Made by a program: the position numbers and the translations under genes
The notes under the pieces: generated by a model
The model's input: the letters and a program-made list of their open reading frames with translations, nothing else
Databases searched by the model: none
Told to the model about the DNA's origin: nothing
Source: Candidatus Latescibacterota bacterium
Lineage (GTDB): Bacteria > Latescibacterota > UBA2968 > UBA8231
Length of the DNA stretch: 64,000 bases
Assembly (NCBI GenBank): GCA_965243025.1
Contig: CBDETY010000003.1
Span: forward strand, 2,144,001-2,208,000
Direction of reading: 5' to 3'
Shown: positions 19,894 to 29,446 of the stretch, piece after piece
How positions within the stretch are numbered: position 1 is the first letter of the stretch
Layout of the letters: every line of letters starts with the position of its first letter

Positions 19894-21297
19894 ATGAACG
19901 CACGCCGACACCGATCGTCCATTCTCCCCCGCCCGCGGATTCCCGGGGCGGCCGCAGCTGCCGTGATTCTCGCCGCCGGCATTCTCCTGACCCCGGGCAC
20001 CGCCGCCGCCGCGGACGAGACCGGCTTCGTCCTCAACACCTTCTCGTTCCTCGTATGGGGCGCCCTGATCATGTGGATGTGCGCCGGCTTCACCATGCTC
20101 GAGTCCGGGTCGGTGCGCTCGAAGAACGCCTCGATGATCTGCCTGAAGAACATCGGGCTGTACTCCATCGCCGGGCTCACCTACTACGCCATCGGCTACG
20201 GTCTGATGTACGTCGACGTCGGCAAGGTGATCGGCTCGCTGAGTCTCCTGTACGGTCCATCGGCCGACGAGGTCGCCTTCCTTGAGGGCGACAAGGGGAA
20301 GATGGGGGCGGTCGTCGCGAACAACTACTCCACCATGTCGGACTGGTTCTTCCAGATGGTGTTCGTGGCCACAACCGCCTCGATCGTATCCGGAACGCTG
20401 GCGGAGCGGGTGAAGCTCTGGGCTTTCTTCGCATTCACCGCGGTCCTGACGGCGATCATCTACCCCGTTGTCGGCGCCTGGACATGGGGCGGCGGCTGGC
20501 TCAACCAGATGGGCTTCACGGACTTCGCCGGCTCCACCATCGTCCATTCTACCGGGGGCTGGGCCGCCCTCGCCGGGGCCATCGTCGTCGGAGCCCGGTG
20601 GGGCAAGTTCCGCAAGGACGGCTCGGCCAAGCCCACCCCTCCGTCCAACATTCCCGCGGTAACCCTCGGCGTCTTCATCCTCTGGCTGGGATGGTTCGGA
20701 TTCAACGGCGGCTCGCAGCTCGCCCTCTCCGGCGCCGCCGACGCCCTGGCGATGAGCAACATCCTCGTCAACACCAACCTCGCCGCGGCGGGGGGAGTGC
20801 TCACCGCCATCTTCGTGTCGCGCCCCATTCTCGGACGCACCGACCTTTTCGCCGCCCTCAACGGGGCCATCGCCGGCCTCGTGGCGATCACCGCGGGACC
20901 GGACATCACCGATCCCTGGCTGGCGATAATCATCGGCGCCGTGGGAGCGTTCCTGTGCACCCTCGGACTGAAACTGCTCGAGCGCATGAGGATCGACGAC
21001 GTGGTCGGCGCGGTTCCCGCGCATCTCTTCGCCGGGATCTGGGGGACGCTCGCGGTCTCTCTTTCCGGGAAGGGCAGCTTCCTCGTGCAGCTCGTCGGGG
21101 TCCTTTCCGTCGGCGCTTTCGTCTTCGTCACCTCCCTGCTGCTGTGGGTCGTTCTGAACCGCACCCTGGGGACCCGGGTCTCGCGCGACGTCGAGGATAT
21201 GGGCCAGGACGCCGCGGAGCTGGGAATCGACGCCTACCCGGAGTTCGCCCTCATGGTGGACCCGGACGAGGGGGGAGACTACCGCGACCCGGACTGA
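19894..21297 (+). CDS. amtB: Ammonium transporter
   Basis: GAGGA RBS precedes ATG 19894; motifs FFQMVFVAT, DFAGSTIVHSTGG, WLGWFGFNGGS and IDDVVGAVPAH (twin His). Confidence 0.93.
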   Translation: MNARRHRSSILPRPRIPGAAAAAVILAAGILLTPGTAAAADETGFVLNTFSFLVWGALIMWMCAGFTMLESGSVRSKNASMICLKNIGLYSIAGLTYYAIGYGLMYVDVGKVIGSLSLLYGPSADEVAFLEGDKGKMGAVVANNYSTMSDWFFQMVFVATTASIVSGTLAERVKLWAFFAFTAVLTAIIYPVVGAWTWGGGWLNQMGFTDFAGSTIVHSTGGWAALAGAIVVGARWGKFRKDGSAKPTPPSNIPAVTLGVFILWLGWFGFNGGSQLALSGAADALAMSNILVNTNLAAAGGVLTAIFVSRPILGRTDLFAALNGAIAGLVAITAGPDITDPWLAIIIGAVGAFLCTLGLKLLERMRIDDVVGAVPAHLFAGIWGTLAVSLSGKGSFLVQLVGVLSVGAFVFVTSLLLWVVLNRTLGTRVSRDVEDMGQDAAELGIDAYPEFALMVDPDEGGDYRDPD

Positions 21298-21358
21298 AAC
21301 CTCGAGCTGATTCACGGGCCCGGACGCTGCGTGCGCCCCGGCCCGGTGGAGCCGTCCC

Positions 21359-22792
21359 ATGAACTTCGACGCCTACGATCTCGACGCCGCGATCTACGAT
21401 GAGATGTTCCTGCCGGACGGTACCCCGCGGGGCCACTCCCGGGCGTTGCACGACACCCTGAGTCAGCTGCCCGCCGACGAGGTAGGCAGGATCCAGGAAA
21501 GGGTCACCCGCTCCTTCTCGAACGAGGGCATCACCTTCACCGTCTACGGGGACGACGAGGCCGATGAGCGCATCATTCCCGTCGACTGCGTTCCCCGCAT
21601 CCTCTCCGCCGACGAGTGGCGGCACATCGAGACCGGACTCACCCAGCGCCTGGAGGCCTTGAACCGCTTCCTCGAGGACGTCTACGGCGAGGCGCGCATA
21701 ATCGCCGACGGGGTGGTCCCCGCCGACCTCGTGCGCGGCTGTCCGCAGTACCGCGTCGAGATGTGCGGGGTCCCGGTACCCCACGGCACCTGGGTCGCCG
21801 TCTGCGGCACCGACCTGGTGCGCACCAACGACGGCTGGCTGGTGCTCGAGGACAACCTGCGGGTTCCCTCCGGCGTATCCTACATGATCGCCAACCGCAA
21901 GGTGGTCAAGTCGAGCCTGCGCCGCCTCTACCGCGACTGTCGGGTGCGGGAGGTGGAGCAGTACGGGCAGGTGCTGCTCGAGACGCTCCGCGAGCTCGCC
22001 CCCGGGGGGCGCCCCGACCCCTGCATCGCCCTGCTCACCCCCGGGGTGGCCAACTCCGCCTTCTACGAGCACATCTTCCTGGCCCAGGAGATCGGCGCCG
22101 CCCTCGTGGAAGGCCGCGACCTGCTGGTAAACGACGGTTTCGTCCACATGCGCACCACCGAAGGGCTGCGGCGGGTGGACGTGATCTACCGCCGCGTCGA
22201 CGACGACTTCCTCGACCCCCTCGTCTTCCGTCCCGATTCGCTGCTCGGTGTGCCCGGGCTGATGCACGCCTACAGGAGCGGGCGCGTCGCCCTGGCCAAC
22301 GCGCCGGGGACGGGGGTGGCCGACGACAAGAGCGTCTACGCCTTCGTCCCCGACATGGTCCGCTACTACCTCGGCGAGGAGCCGATCCTGGCCAACGTCG
22401 AGACCTACCTGTGCAGGCGGCCCCGCGATCTGGAGTACACCCTCGACAACCTGCAGGACCTCATCGTCAAGCGGGTGGGCGAATCCGGGGGTTACGGCAT
22501 GCTCGTCGGCCCCCAGTCCACCCCTGAGGAGCGCGACGCCTACGTCGAGGAGCTTCGCGCCGACCCGGCGGGATTCATCTCGCAACCTGTGCTTGCCCTG
22601 TCCCGGGCGCCCTGCTTCATCGAGGGCCGCCCCGAGCCGCGCCACGTCGACCTGCGCCCCTTCGTCCTCCACGGCCGCCGGACCCGCATAGTCCCCGGAG
22701 CTTTCTGCCGGGTGGCGCTGCGCCGGGGCAGCCTCGTGGTGAACTCGAGCCAGGGCGGCGGCGGCAAGGACCTCTGGGTGCTGGAGAACTGA
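21359..22792 (+). CDS. Circularly permuted type 2 ATP-grasp protein
   Basis: Motifs GITFTVYG, LEDNLRVPSGVSY, IYRRVDDDFLDP, GVADDK, HVDLRPF and VNSSQGGGGKD. Confidence 0.93.
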   Translation: MNFDAYDLDAAIYDEMFLPDGTPRGHSRALHDTLSQLPADEVGRIQERVTRSFSNEGITFTVYGDDEADERIIPVDCVPRILSADEWRHIETGLTQRLEALNRFLEDVYGEARIIADGVVPADLVRGCPQYRVEMCGVPVPHGTWVAVCGTDLVRTNDGWLVLEDNLRVPSGVSYMIANRKVVKSSLRRLYRDCRVREVEQYGQVLLETLRELAPGGRPDPCIALLTPGVANSAFYEHIFLAQEIGAALVEGRDLLVNDGFVHMRTTEGLRRVDVIYRRVDDDFLDPLVFRPDSLLGVPGLMHAYRSGRVALANAPGTGVADDKSVYAFVPDMVRYYLGEEPILANVETYLCRRPRDLEYTLDNLQDLIVKRVGESGGYGMLVGPQSTPEERDAYVEELRADPAGFISQPVLALSRAPCFIEGRPEPRHVDLRPFVLHGRRTRIVPGAFCRVALRRGSLVVNSSQGGGGKDLWVLEN

Positions 22793-22793
22793 G

Positions 22794-23768
22794 ATGCTCG
22801 CGCGCAGCGCCCAGGGACTCTACTGGATGGGACGCTACCTCGAACGGGCGGAACACCTGTGCCGTCTGCTGCGACTGCAGGTCGAGTCGCTGGTCGACCG
22901 GCCGATAGAGGAGATCAACCACGGCTGGACCCGAATCTACGCCGGCCTCGGCCGGCAGCCCCCCGGGGGAGACCTCGCTACCGGCGGCAGCGACGACTAT
23001 GTCCTCGCCGATTCCTACACCCTGGCGGGGGACCTCACCTTCGAGCGCTCCAACCCGGACTCGGTGCGGCGGTGCCTGGCCCTGGGCCGCGAGAACGCCC
23101 GCCAGATGCGCAACTGCATAAGCGCGGAGATGTGGACCTGCCTCAACCTCTGCTGGCTGCGCATACGCGACCTCGGCATCGAGGACATCTGGAGGGTCTC
23201 CCCGGAGAGCTTCTACGCCGAGACCATCCGGGAGATCGGCACCTTCACCGGCGTCGCCGAGGCGACCATGTACCGGGACGAGGGCTGGCGCTTCATGCGC
23301 ATCGGGCGATTCATCGAGCGCGCCCAGCTTCTCGCCTCCTTCCTCCTCGCCCAGCTCGCCGGACGGGAACAGGCCGGAACCTCCGACACCGGCTGGACGA
23401 GCATGCTGCGCGCCTGCCTGGCGTTCGACGCCTACAAGAGCAGCCACAGCGTCGAGGTCCAGGAGGACCGGGTGCTCGACCTCCTCGTCACCGATCCACT
23501 GCTGCCGGGCTCGCTTTGCCGCTCGCTCGACATGCTGGCGGCCGAGCTGGCCGCCATGGCTCCCGGCCCGGGCGCACACGACGAGGCGGCGGCCGAGAGG
23601 CTCTCCGGCCGGCTGTGCGCCCTGATCCGCTACGACTGGCCGGACTGCGGGGACGGCGATGAGCGGGAGGGGCTTCTCGCGCAGGTCGGGGAACACTGCC
23701 GCAAGCTTCACGACCTCGTCAACGCGGCGTACATCGGCTACGCCATCGAGGACTCGCCGGTGCACTGA
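22794..23768 (+). CDS. Alpha-E domain protein (DUF403)
   Basis: Motifs LYWMGRYLERAE, RENAR..R..IS.EMW and GRFIERA. Confidence 0.92.
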   Translation: MLARSAQGLYWMGRYLERAEHLCRLLRLQVESLVDRPIEEINHGWTRIYAGLGRQPPGGDLATGGSDDYVLADSYTLAGDLTFERSNPDSVRRCLALGRENARQMRNCISAEMWTCLNLCWLRIRDLGIEDIWRVSPESFYAETIREIGTFTGVAEATMYRDEGWRFMRIGRFIERAQLLASFLLAQLAGREQAGTSDTGWTSMLRACLAFDAYKSSHSVEVQEDRVLDLLVTDPLLPGSLCRSLDMLAAELAAMAPGPGAHDEAAAERLSGRLCALIRYDWPDCGDGDEREGLLAQVGEHCRKLHDLVNAAYIGYAIEDSPVH

Positions 23769-23771
23769 CGC

Positions 23772-24758
23772 ATGACCGGGGCAGTCCGTTTCGAGATCGA
23801 GCACGTCTCCCGCTACAGCTACGATTCCAGCGCGCGGCAGTGCGTCATGCTGCTCTGCCTGGAGCCGCTTCAGGACCGGGGCCAGCGGCTTCTCGACTTC
23901 GAGATCGAGACGCGGCCCCCGGCATTCCTCAACCGGGAGACGGACTTTCTCGGCAACGCCAGACACCTCCTCGACCTCAACCGCGAGCACCGGACCCTCG
24001 AGATCAGAGCCTGCTCCACGGTCGAGGCCGCCCCCTTCCCGGCGCCTCCGAACTGCCTCGGGACCGGGGCCTGGGAGGAGATCCGCTCCCGGCAGGATTC
24101 CTTCGCCTACTGGAACTTCACTCGCCCGAGCGCGCTTGTACAGCCCTCTGCCGGTCTCGAAGCGTTCGTACACCGGCATCGTATCGAGCCGGGCAGCGAC
24201 CCGCTCGAAAGCCTGTCGCGGCTTTCCGACACCCTGCACCGCTGCCTTTACTACATTCCGGGAAGCACCACCGCCGAATCACCGGTCGAGCACATCCTGG
24301 AAACCGGCAGCGGTGTCTGTCAGGACTACTCCCACCTGATGATCGCCATCGCCCGTTCCTGGGGCATCGCCGCCCGCTACGTCTCCGGCTACCTGCACCT
24401 TCCTGAGGGGTCCGGCGGGCAGCCGTCCGCCAACGCGACCCACGCCTGGGTGGAATGCAGGCTTCCGGGGCTCGGCTGGGTCGGCTTCGATCCCACCAAC
24501 CAGAGTCTCTCGGGGCACGGGGGCGTGGTGCGGACCGCTGCGGGGCGGGACTACCACGACGTGTCGCCGACCCGCGGCATCCTCCAGGGCGGAGGAGAAA
24601 CCCGGCTCGAGGTCGAGGTGCGGGTACAGGCCGCCGGAGAGGACCGGACCAGAGGGGCCTGGGACCGGGCAACGGGATCCCCCGGTTCCGCCCCGGTCGA
24701 AAAATCGCCTGGCCACAAGAACCCCGACGCGGGGGCCACGGCCGCCGTTCAACCCTGA
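23772..24758 (+). CDS. Transglutaminase-like protein
   Basis: Motifs GVCQDYSH, ARYVSGY, THAWVE, FDPTN and GRDYHDV.P. Confidence 0.92.
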   Translation: MTGAVRFEIEHVSRYSYDSSARQCVMLLCLEPLQDRGQRLLDFEIETRPPAFLNRETDFLGNARHLLDLNREHRTLEIRACSTVEAAPFPAPPNCLGTGAWEEIRSRQDSFAYWNFTRPSALVQPSAGLEAFVHRHRIEPGSDPLESLSRLSDTLHRCLYYIPGSTTAESPVEHILETGSGVCQDYSHLMIAIARSWGIAARYVSGYLHLPEGSGGQPSANATHAWVECRLPGLGWVGFDPTNQSLSGHGGVVRTAAGRDYHDVSPTRGILQGGGETRLEVEVRVQAAGEDRTRGAWDRATGSPGSAPVEKSPGHKNPDAGATAAVQP

Positions 24759-24774
24759 CCGAGGAGCAAATTCA

Positions 24775-25215
24775 ATGGACCTGCTCAAGCGCATCATCGG
24801 CATCTATCTCGTAGCGACGGCAGTTGCGGTCGGCGTCCACACAGTGGTCGAACCGCTCTATCACGCATCCGGTCCCGGGCAGCCGTACAGCCCTCTGTGG
24901 AACGTCCTGAATCCCTTGATGGCCGCAGCCATCGCCCTGGCCCTGGTATTCGGCTATCTCCGCAAGCAGGAGGTGGACGGGGAAGGGGGAAGCGCCGGGG
25001 TAACCCGGGAATTCGTCGCCGCCAACGCCCACTTCTACGGGTTCCTGTTCGTCGGCATACTTTTCTTCTGGAACTGGTTCAACCTGCTGATGCCCGCGTT
25101 CACCGCGCTGGGTGACGACACGGTCACCCTGGTTTGGATACTCATCGACGCCACCCTGCCGCTGCTGCTGGGTGCAATGGGGGTTTCCCTGTTGCGTGGT
25201 GGTCGCGGCGAATAG
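24775..25215 (+). CDS. Hypothetical 4-TM membrane protein
   Basis: GAGGAG RBS and four hydrophobic segments; no recognisable motif. Confidence 0.75.
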   Translation: MDLLKRIIGIYLVATAVAVGVHTVVEPLYHASGPGQPYSPLWNVLNPLMAAAIALALVFGYLRKQEVDGEGGSAGVTREFVAANAHFYGFLFVGILFFWNWFNLLMPAFTALGDDTVTLVWILIDATLPLLLGAMGVSLLRGGRGE

Positions 25216-25389
25216 CCTGGAAGGGAGTTGACGCTGTGCCTGTCCAATGGAGCCGGGGCCCACCGGGGTCCCACCAGAAAAAATTCTCACCGGGACGCCC
25301 TTTGCTTTGGCCGGCAAGCGTCCTCTTTCCCGGTTTCAACAGAGTAACCGAATGATACCGACAATCAGATTCCGGAATTGGAGAACAAC

Positions 25390-27519
25390 ATGGCAAGGCG
25401 TCCGACAGCTGTAATCGTTATGGGGGTCGCCATCCTCCTTCCCTTCTCGCATCCCGCCGCGGCGACCACCGCCGGCGAGGTGGTGGACCGGGAAACCCTG
25501 GAGGCTTTCGTGCGGGCGGCCAAGGCCCGCCTGGACAGCGCCACCACTCTTCTCGAGTACCAGGCGGCCCTGCAGGACTTCCGCACCGACGAAGCCTGGA
25601 AGCAGGGCTCCATCTACCTCTTCATCTTCAACACCGACGGAGTTTTCATCTTTCACGGGGACGACCCAAGCCTCGAGGGCCGGAACCTGATCGACCTCGA
25701 GGACGCCGATGGCGTCAGGATCGTCCAGGACCTGATTGCCGCCGCCGCCGGAGGGGGAGGTTTCGTCGAATATCTGTGGCCCGATCCTGTGGTCGCAGGG
25801 GACGAGGAAACCGGTTCGCCGAAAGTGAGCTACGCCCTGCCCTATTCCGCTCTCAACCGGGACTTCGTCATAGGCTCGGGGATTTTTCCGGGATCCGTCG
25901 GCGTGGAGGCTCCCCCCGGCGAGCCCGCAACACCCCGGGACTCGGTGATAACCGCCGCCGGAGTGGTGGACGGCGAGACCCTGCGGGCCTTCGTGGAAGG
26001 CGCCAAAGCACGTATAGAGGAAATTGACGAGTCGGGGGAACTGCTGTCGCCCTTTCTCTCCACTCTCAGGGAAGAAGGAGACTGGAAGCACGGGAACACC
26101 TTCCTCATTCTCATGAGCGAAGAAGGGATCGTCCTGCTTCACGCGGACGACGAGAATGCGGGGGACAAGAACCTCCATGCGCTCGAAGACGATCGCGGGA
26201 ACACGGTCGTGCAGGACCTCATCGCGGCCTCGGACACAGGCGGCGAGGTTGAGTATTTCTGGGACGACCCGGCGCAGGAAGGAGACGAGGATACTGCCAA
26301 GATCGCCTATGCTACCCAGTTCTCCGGCCGGACATACGGAAACACCGTCGTTCTCATTGGAGGGTATTACCAGGATGTGTCGCATGTCCCGCCGCCGGTG
26401 TACGACCTGTCGCTCATCCCGAGTCCGGAGGTGACGGCCGCCGAGGTTGCGGATCTCGAAAGCCTCGCGGCTTTTGTAACGGTAGCGCTGCAGGCCTATG
26501 TCACCGCATTGCGGGAACATGGCGTCGAGCGCTACAGGGACATCCTGAACGTCTTCAGGGCGGAAGAAGGAGATTGGCGGCATGGTTCGATCTACCTCTT
26601 CATCTTTACCACCAACGGATACGTGATCTTTCATGGAGCGGATCGGACCCAGGAAGCCCGGAGCGTGCTCGACGCCGAGGACATCAACGGGGTCAAGGTC
26701 GTCCGGGAACTCATCGAGGCAGCCAGGGCAGGGGGCGGCTACGTCCAATACAACCTCGATGATCCGTCAGTAACAGGAGACGAAGACACCGGTTCGCCCA
26801 AGATCAGTTACGCCAAGTCCTTTACCACGAGGAATGGCCGGGAGATTGTTGTCGGCGCCGGGATTTACGGGCTCCCTGCCCTGGGTGAGACTGTCCGAAC
26901 GGAAGTGGACGCCACGGTCCTGGGCGACCCGGTCGAAGACCTGACCGTCGAGTTTTCCCGGGCCATCGCCGGGCGCGCACGCGCCTACGCCTGGAAAGCC
27001 GTCACCGACACGGCTGGCAAGGCCTCCCTGACCATCTCCGGCTCGAGGCGCTCCCACGTCGGCGGTTTCTACGAAGCCCGCGCGCGAACGGCCGACGGCG
27101 ACGTCGTCGGGCAGTGGCACAGCATCCCCCTCAACCGCGGCATGCGCCAGGTTCTGGAGCTGCCCCTGGGAGGGGACGCGCGGGTGGTGTCCAGCGAACG
27201 GCTGGACGCCGCCAAACAGGTCGCCGAACCGGGGCAGCCGCTTGCCGTCGGCCTGGAACCTAATGCGCCCAATCCCTTCAACAGCAGCACCCGGATTCCC
27301 TACCGCCTGCAATCCCCCGGACCCGTGCGCCTGGTGATCTACAACGCTCTGGGCCAGCCGGTGCGCACGCTGGTGGAGGAGTCTCAGCCGGCAGGGGCGC
27401 ACCTCGTCCACTGGGACGCCCGCGACCGGCAGGGCTCGGCGGTTGCCGCCGGGGTGTACTTCGCCCGCCTGCATTATCCCGGAGGGGTGCAGACCCGGCG
27501 GATGCTCTACCTCAAGTAG
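25390..27519 (+). CDS. Secreted protein with three tandem single-Cache domains and a FlgD/T9SS-like CTD
   Basis: Signal peptide; three repeats resembling YLF....G...FHG....EG.....ED..G...V..LI.AA..GGG.VEY.W.DP......K.SYA; CTD PNAPNPFN...IYNALGQPVRTL...WDARD..G..VAAGVYF. Confidence 0.8.
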   Translation: MARRPTAVIVMGVAILLPFSHPAAATTAGEVVDRETLEAFVRAAKARLDSATTLLEYQAALQDFRTDEAWKQGSIYLFIFNTDGVFIFHGDDPSLEGRNLIDLEDADGVRIVQDLIAAAAGGGGFVEYLWPDPVVAGDEETGSPKVSYALPYSALNRDFVIGSGIFPGSVGVEAPPGEPATPRDSVITAAGVVDGETLRAFVEGAKARIEEIDESGELLSPFLSTLREEGDWKHGNTFLILMSEEGIVLLHADDENAGDKNLHALEDDRGNTVVQDLIAASDTGGEVEYFWDDPAQEGDEDTAKIAYATQFSGRTYGNTVVLIGGYYQDVSHVPPPVYDLSLIPSPEVTAAEVADLESLAAFVTVALQAYVTALREHGVERYRDILNVFRAEEGDWRHGSIYLFIFTTNGYVIFHGADRTQEARSVLDAEDINGVKVVRELIEAARAGGGYVQYNLDDPSVTGDEDTGSPKISYAKSFTTRNGREIVVGAGIYGLPALGETVRTEVDATVLGDPVEDLTVEFSRAIAGRARAYAWKAVTDTAGKASLTISGSRRSHVGGFYEARARTADGDVVGQWHSIPLNRGMRQVLELPLGGDARVVSSERLDAAKQVAEPGQPLAVGLEPNAPNPFNSSTRIPYRLQSPGPVRLVIYNALGQPVRTLVEESQPAGAHLVHWDARDRQGSAVAAGVYFARLHYPGGVQTRRMLYLK

Positions 27520-27681
27520 CCCGGAGCCCCGGAGCTTGCCCCGTCGCATCCGGCCGGGCCTGACTGTCGGCTTACGGTTGGCGCTCTCCGGATGTTCGTC
27601 AACCCAAACGGAGTTCGAACTGAAACAGCCAGGAGTTTTCCCGCTCGACCGCGGGTTTGCCCCATCATGAAGGAGACCCCC

Positions 27682-29031
27682 ATGAAATCCGTTTCATTTT
27701 CCCTGCTCGCGTGCGTCCTTATCCTGGGCGCCTGTTCCGACCTCGATCCGGTTTCCTCCAACCAGCCGGAAGCTGCCGCCAAGCGGATATCCAGCAGCCT
27801 GACCCCGAGCGCCCCGGTCGCCGGACTTGCCGAGTCCAGGCCCTCCCGAACCGGCTTCGAGCCCGGCCCCCTCGGTGCCGTCGAGGTCGGCGAGGGGGAG
27901 GCGCTGCAGATCCGCTCGCTGCTCGCGCACACCGTCGCGCCGTCACTGGGAGCGCCGTCCCGGCAAAGCATCGAGCTTGCGGTGGCGGACTTCGGACCCG
28001 TTCACGGCCGCGAGGTCGAGCTCGGAGAAGCCGTGGACGCCGCGTGCTCCCCGGAAGGGGGAAGCGCCGGCGCCGAACAGATCGCCGCCGAGCCGCAGGT
28101 GATCGGCGTCATCGGCACCTCCTGCTCGGCCGCCGCGGTGGCGGCTTCACCGGTTATAAGCGAAGCGGGGCTGGTGATGATCTCGCCGTCCAACACCTCG
28201 CCTTCGCTCACCTCCGACCTGGCAGGCAACGCCAATCCCGGCCACCACCCGGGGTACTTCCGCGTTTCCATCAACGATCTCTACCAGGCGCAGGCGGTCG
28301 CCGGCTTCGCCTACACCGAGCTGGGCCTGCGGAGCATGGCTGCGGTCGACGACGGCGACCCGTACACGACCGCCCTCGTCAGCGCCTTCGGCGACGCGTT
28401 CGAAGCCCTCGGAGGGACTCTTGGGGCCACCGCCCGGATCGAGAAGGGGGAAACGGAAATGACCTCCGTGCTCGCGGAGTTCGCCGGGGCCGGTCCCGAC
28501 GGCATCTTCTTCCCGCTGTTCGAGGTGGAAGGCTCCCCCTTCGCCGAGCAGGCGCGGGCCTTCGACGGCCTGGAAGGGGTGGCCCTCATTTCGGGCGCCG
28601 CCCTTCTCGTGTCCGAGTTCCTCGCCACGCCGCAGTCGGAGGGGATCTACTTCGCCGGACCGGAGTCGGCTCTCGGCTCGAACGTCAACGCCGCGACCGG
28701 CAGGAGCGCCGAGGAAGTGCTCGAGGCCTTCGCCGCCGCGTACGGGGGCGCCCCGGGGACTCCCTACTGGGCGCACTCCTACGACGCGGCGACGCTGCTG
28801 CTGGGAGCAATCGAGTCGGTCGCCGTGGCCGAGGGAGGCAAGCTGCACGTCGACCGCGCCGGGTTGCGCGAGGCGATCGCCGCCACCGAGGGTTTCCAGG
28901 GACTCGTCGGCGCGCTCTCCTGCGACGATTTCGGGGACTGCGGCACCGGGCGCATCAACATCTACCACCACACGGACGCCGGCATCGCCGATCCGGCGCA
29001 GCTGCCGGTGGTCTACCGGTTCGCTCCCTGA
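27682..29031 (+). CDS. LivJ/LivK-type (Peripla_BP_6) solute-binding lipoprotein with no ABC genes nearby
   Basis: AGGAG RBS; lipobox LILGAC; motifs GVIGTSCS, MISPSNTSP, YFRV and HSYDAA. Confidence 0.85.
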   Translation: MKSVSFSLLACVLILGACSDLDPVSSNQPEAAAKRISSSLTPSAPVAGLAESRPSRTGFEPGPLGAVEVGEGEALQIRSLLAHTVAPSLGAPSRQSIELAVADFGPVHGREVELGEAVDAACSPEGGSAGAEQIAAEPQVIGVIGTSCSAAAVAASPVISEAGLVMISPSNTSPSLTSDLAGNANPGHHPGYFRVSINDLYQAQAVAGFAYTELGLRSMAAVDDGDPYTTALVSAFGDAFEALGGTLGATARIEKGETEMTSVLAEFAGAGPDGIFFPLFEVEGSPFAEQARAFDGLEGVALISGAALLVSEFLATPQSEGIYFAGPESALGSNVNAATGRSAEEVLEAFAAAYGGAPGTPYWAHSYDAATLLLGAIESVAVAEGGKLHVDRAGLREAIAATEGFQGLVGALSCDDFGDCGTGRINIYHHTDAGIADPAQLPVVYRFAP

Positions 29032-29197
29032 AGCGGGACCTGACCACCGGTCGGATCAGCAAGGGCCTCGCCCAGTCCCACCGGGTATCGGCCGCAGATT
29101 CGGCAACCCCCTGGATAACGAGGTCAGGACCGCAGGCGTTCCCGCCTGTTTTCCGGGAACGGGAACAGCCGAGGTCACCGCAACCATTTCAGAACCC

Positions 29198-29365
29198 CTG
29201 ATGTCCCGTCGAAGAGATATGTCGCCATCGGAACGCCGATCCGTCCCGACTCACGGCGTTGCCTTCGCTCGCCGTACACCCTCGGTACGACTCGCTCAGG
29301 CGCCTTGTGAGCCGGGCGCCTCGGCATCCCGATTTTGTCAACCTGTCTCTGCGACGGGACACTAG
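29198..29365 (+). mobile_element. 168-bp MITE/ERIC-like element, copy 1
   Basis: Imperfect terminal inverted repeats TGTCCCGTCGAAGAGA...TCTCTGCGACGGGACACTAG; aligns without gaps to 31108-31275. Confidence 0.8.
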
Positions 29366-29446
29366 TCGAGGCCCCCTCTGTCACCAGCCCCCGCAGACCG
29401 TCAGATCCGCTACGAACCGGACGAACGGTGCCCGCCGCTCCTGGCC

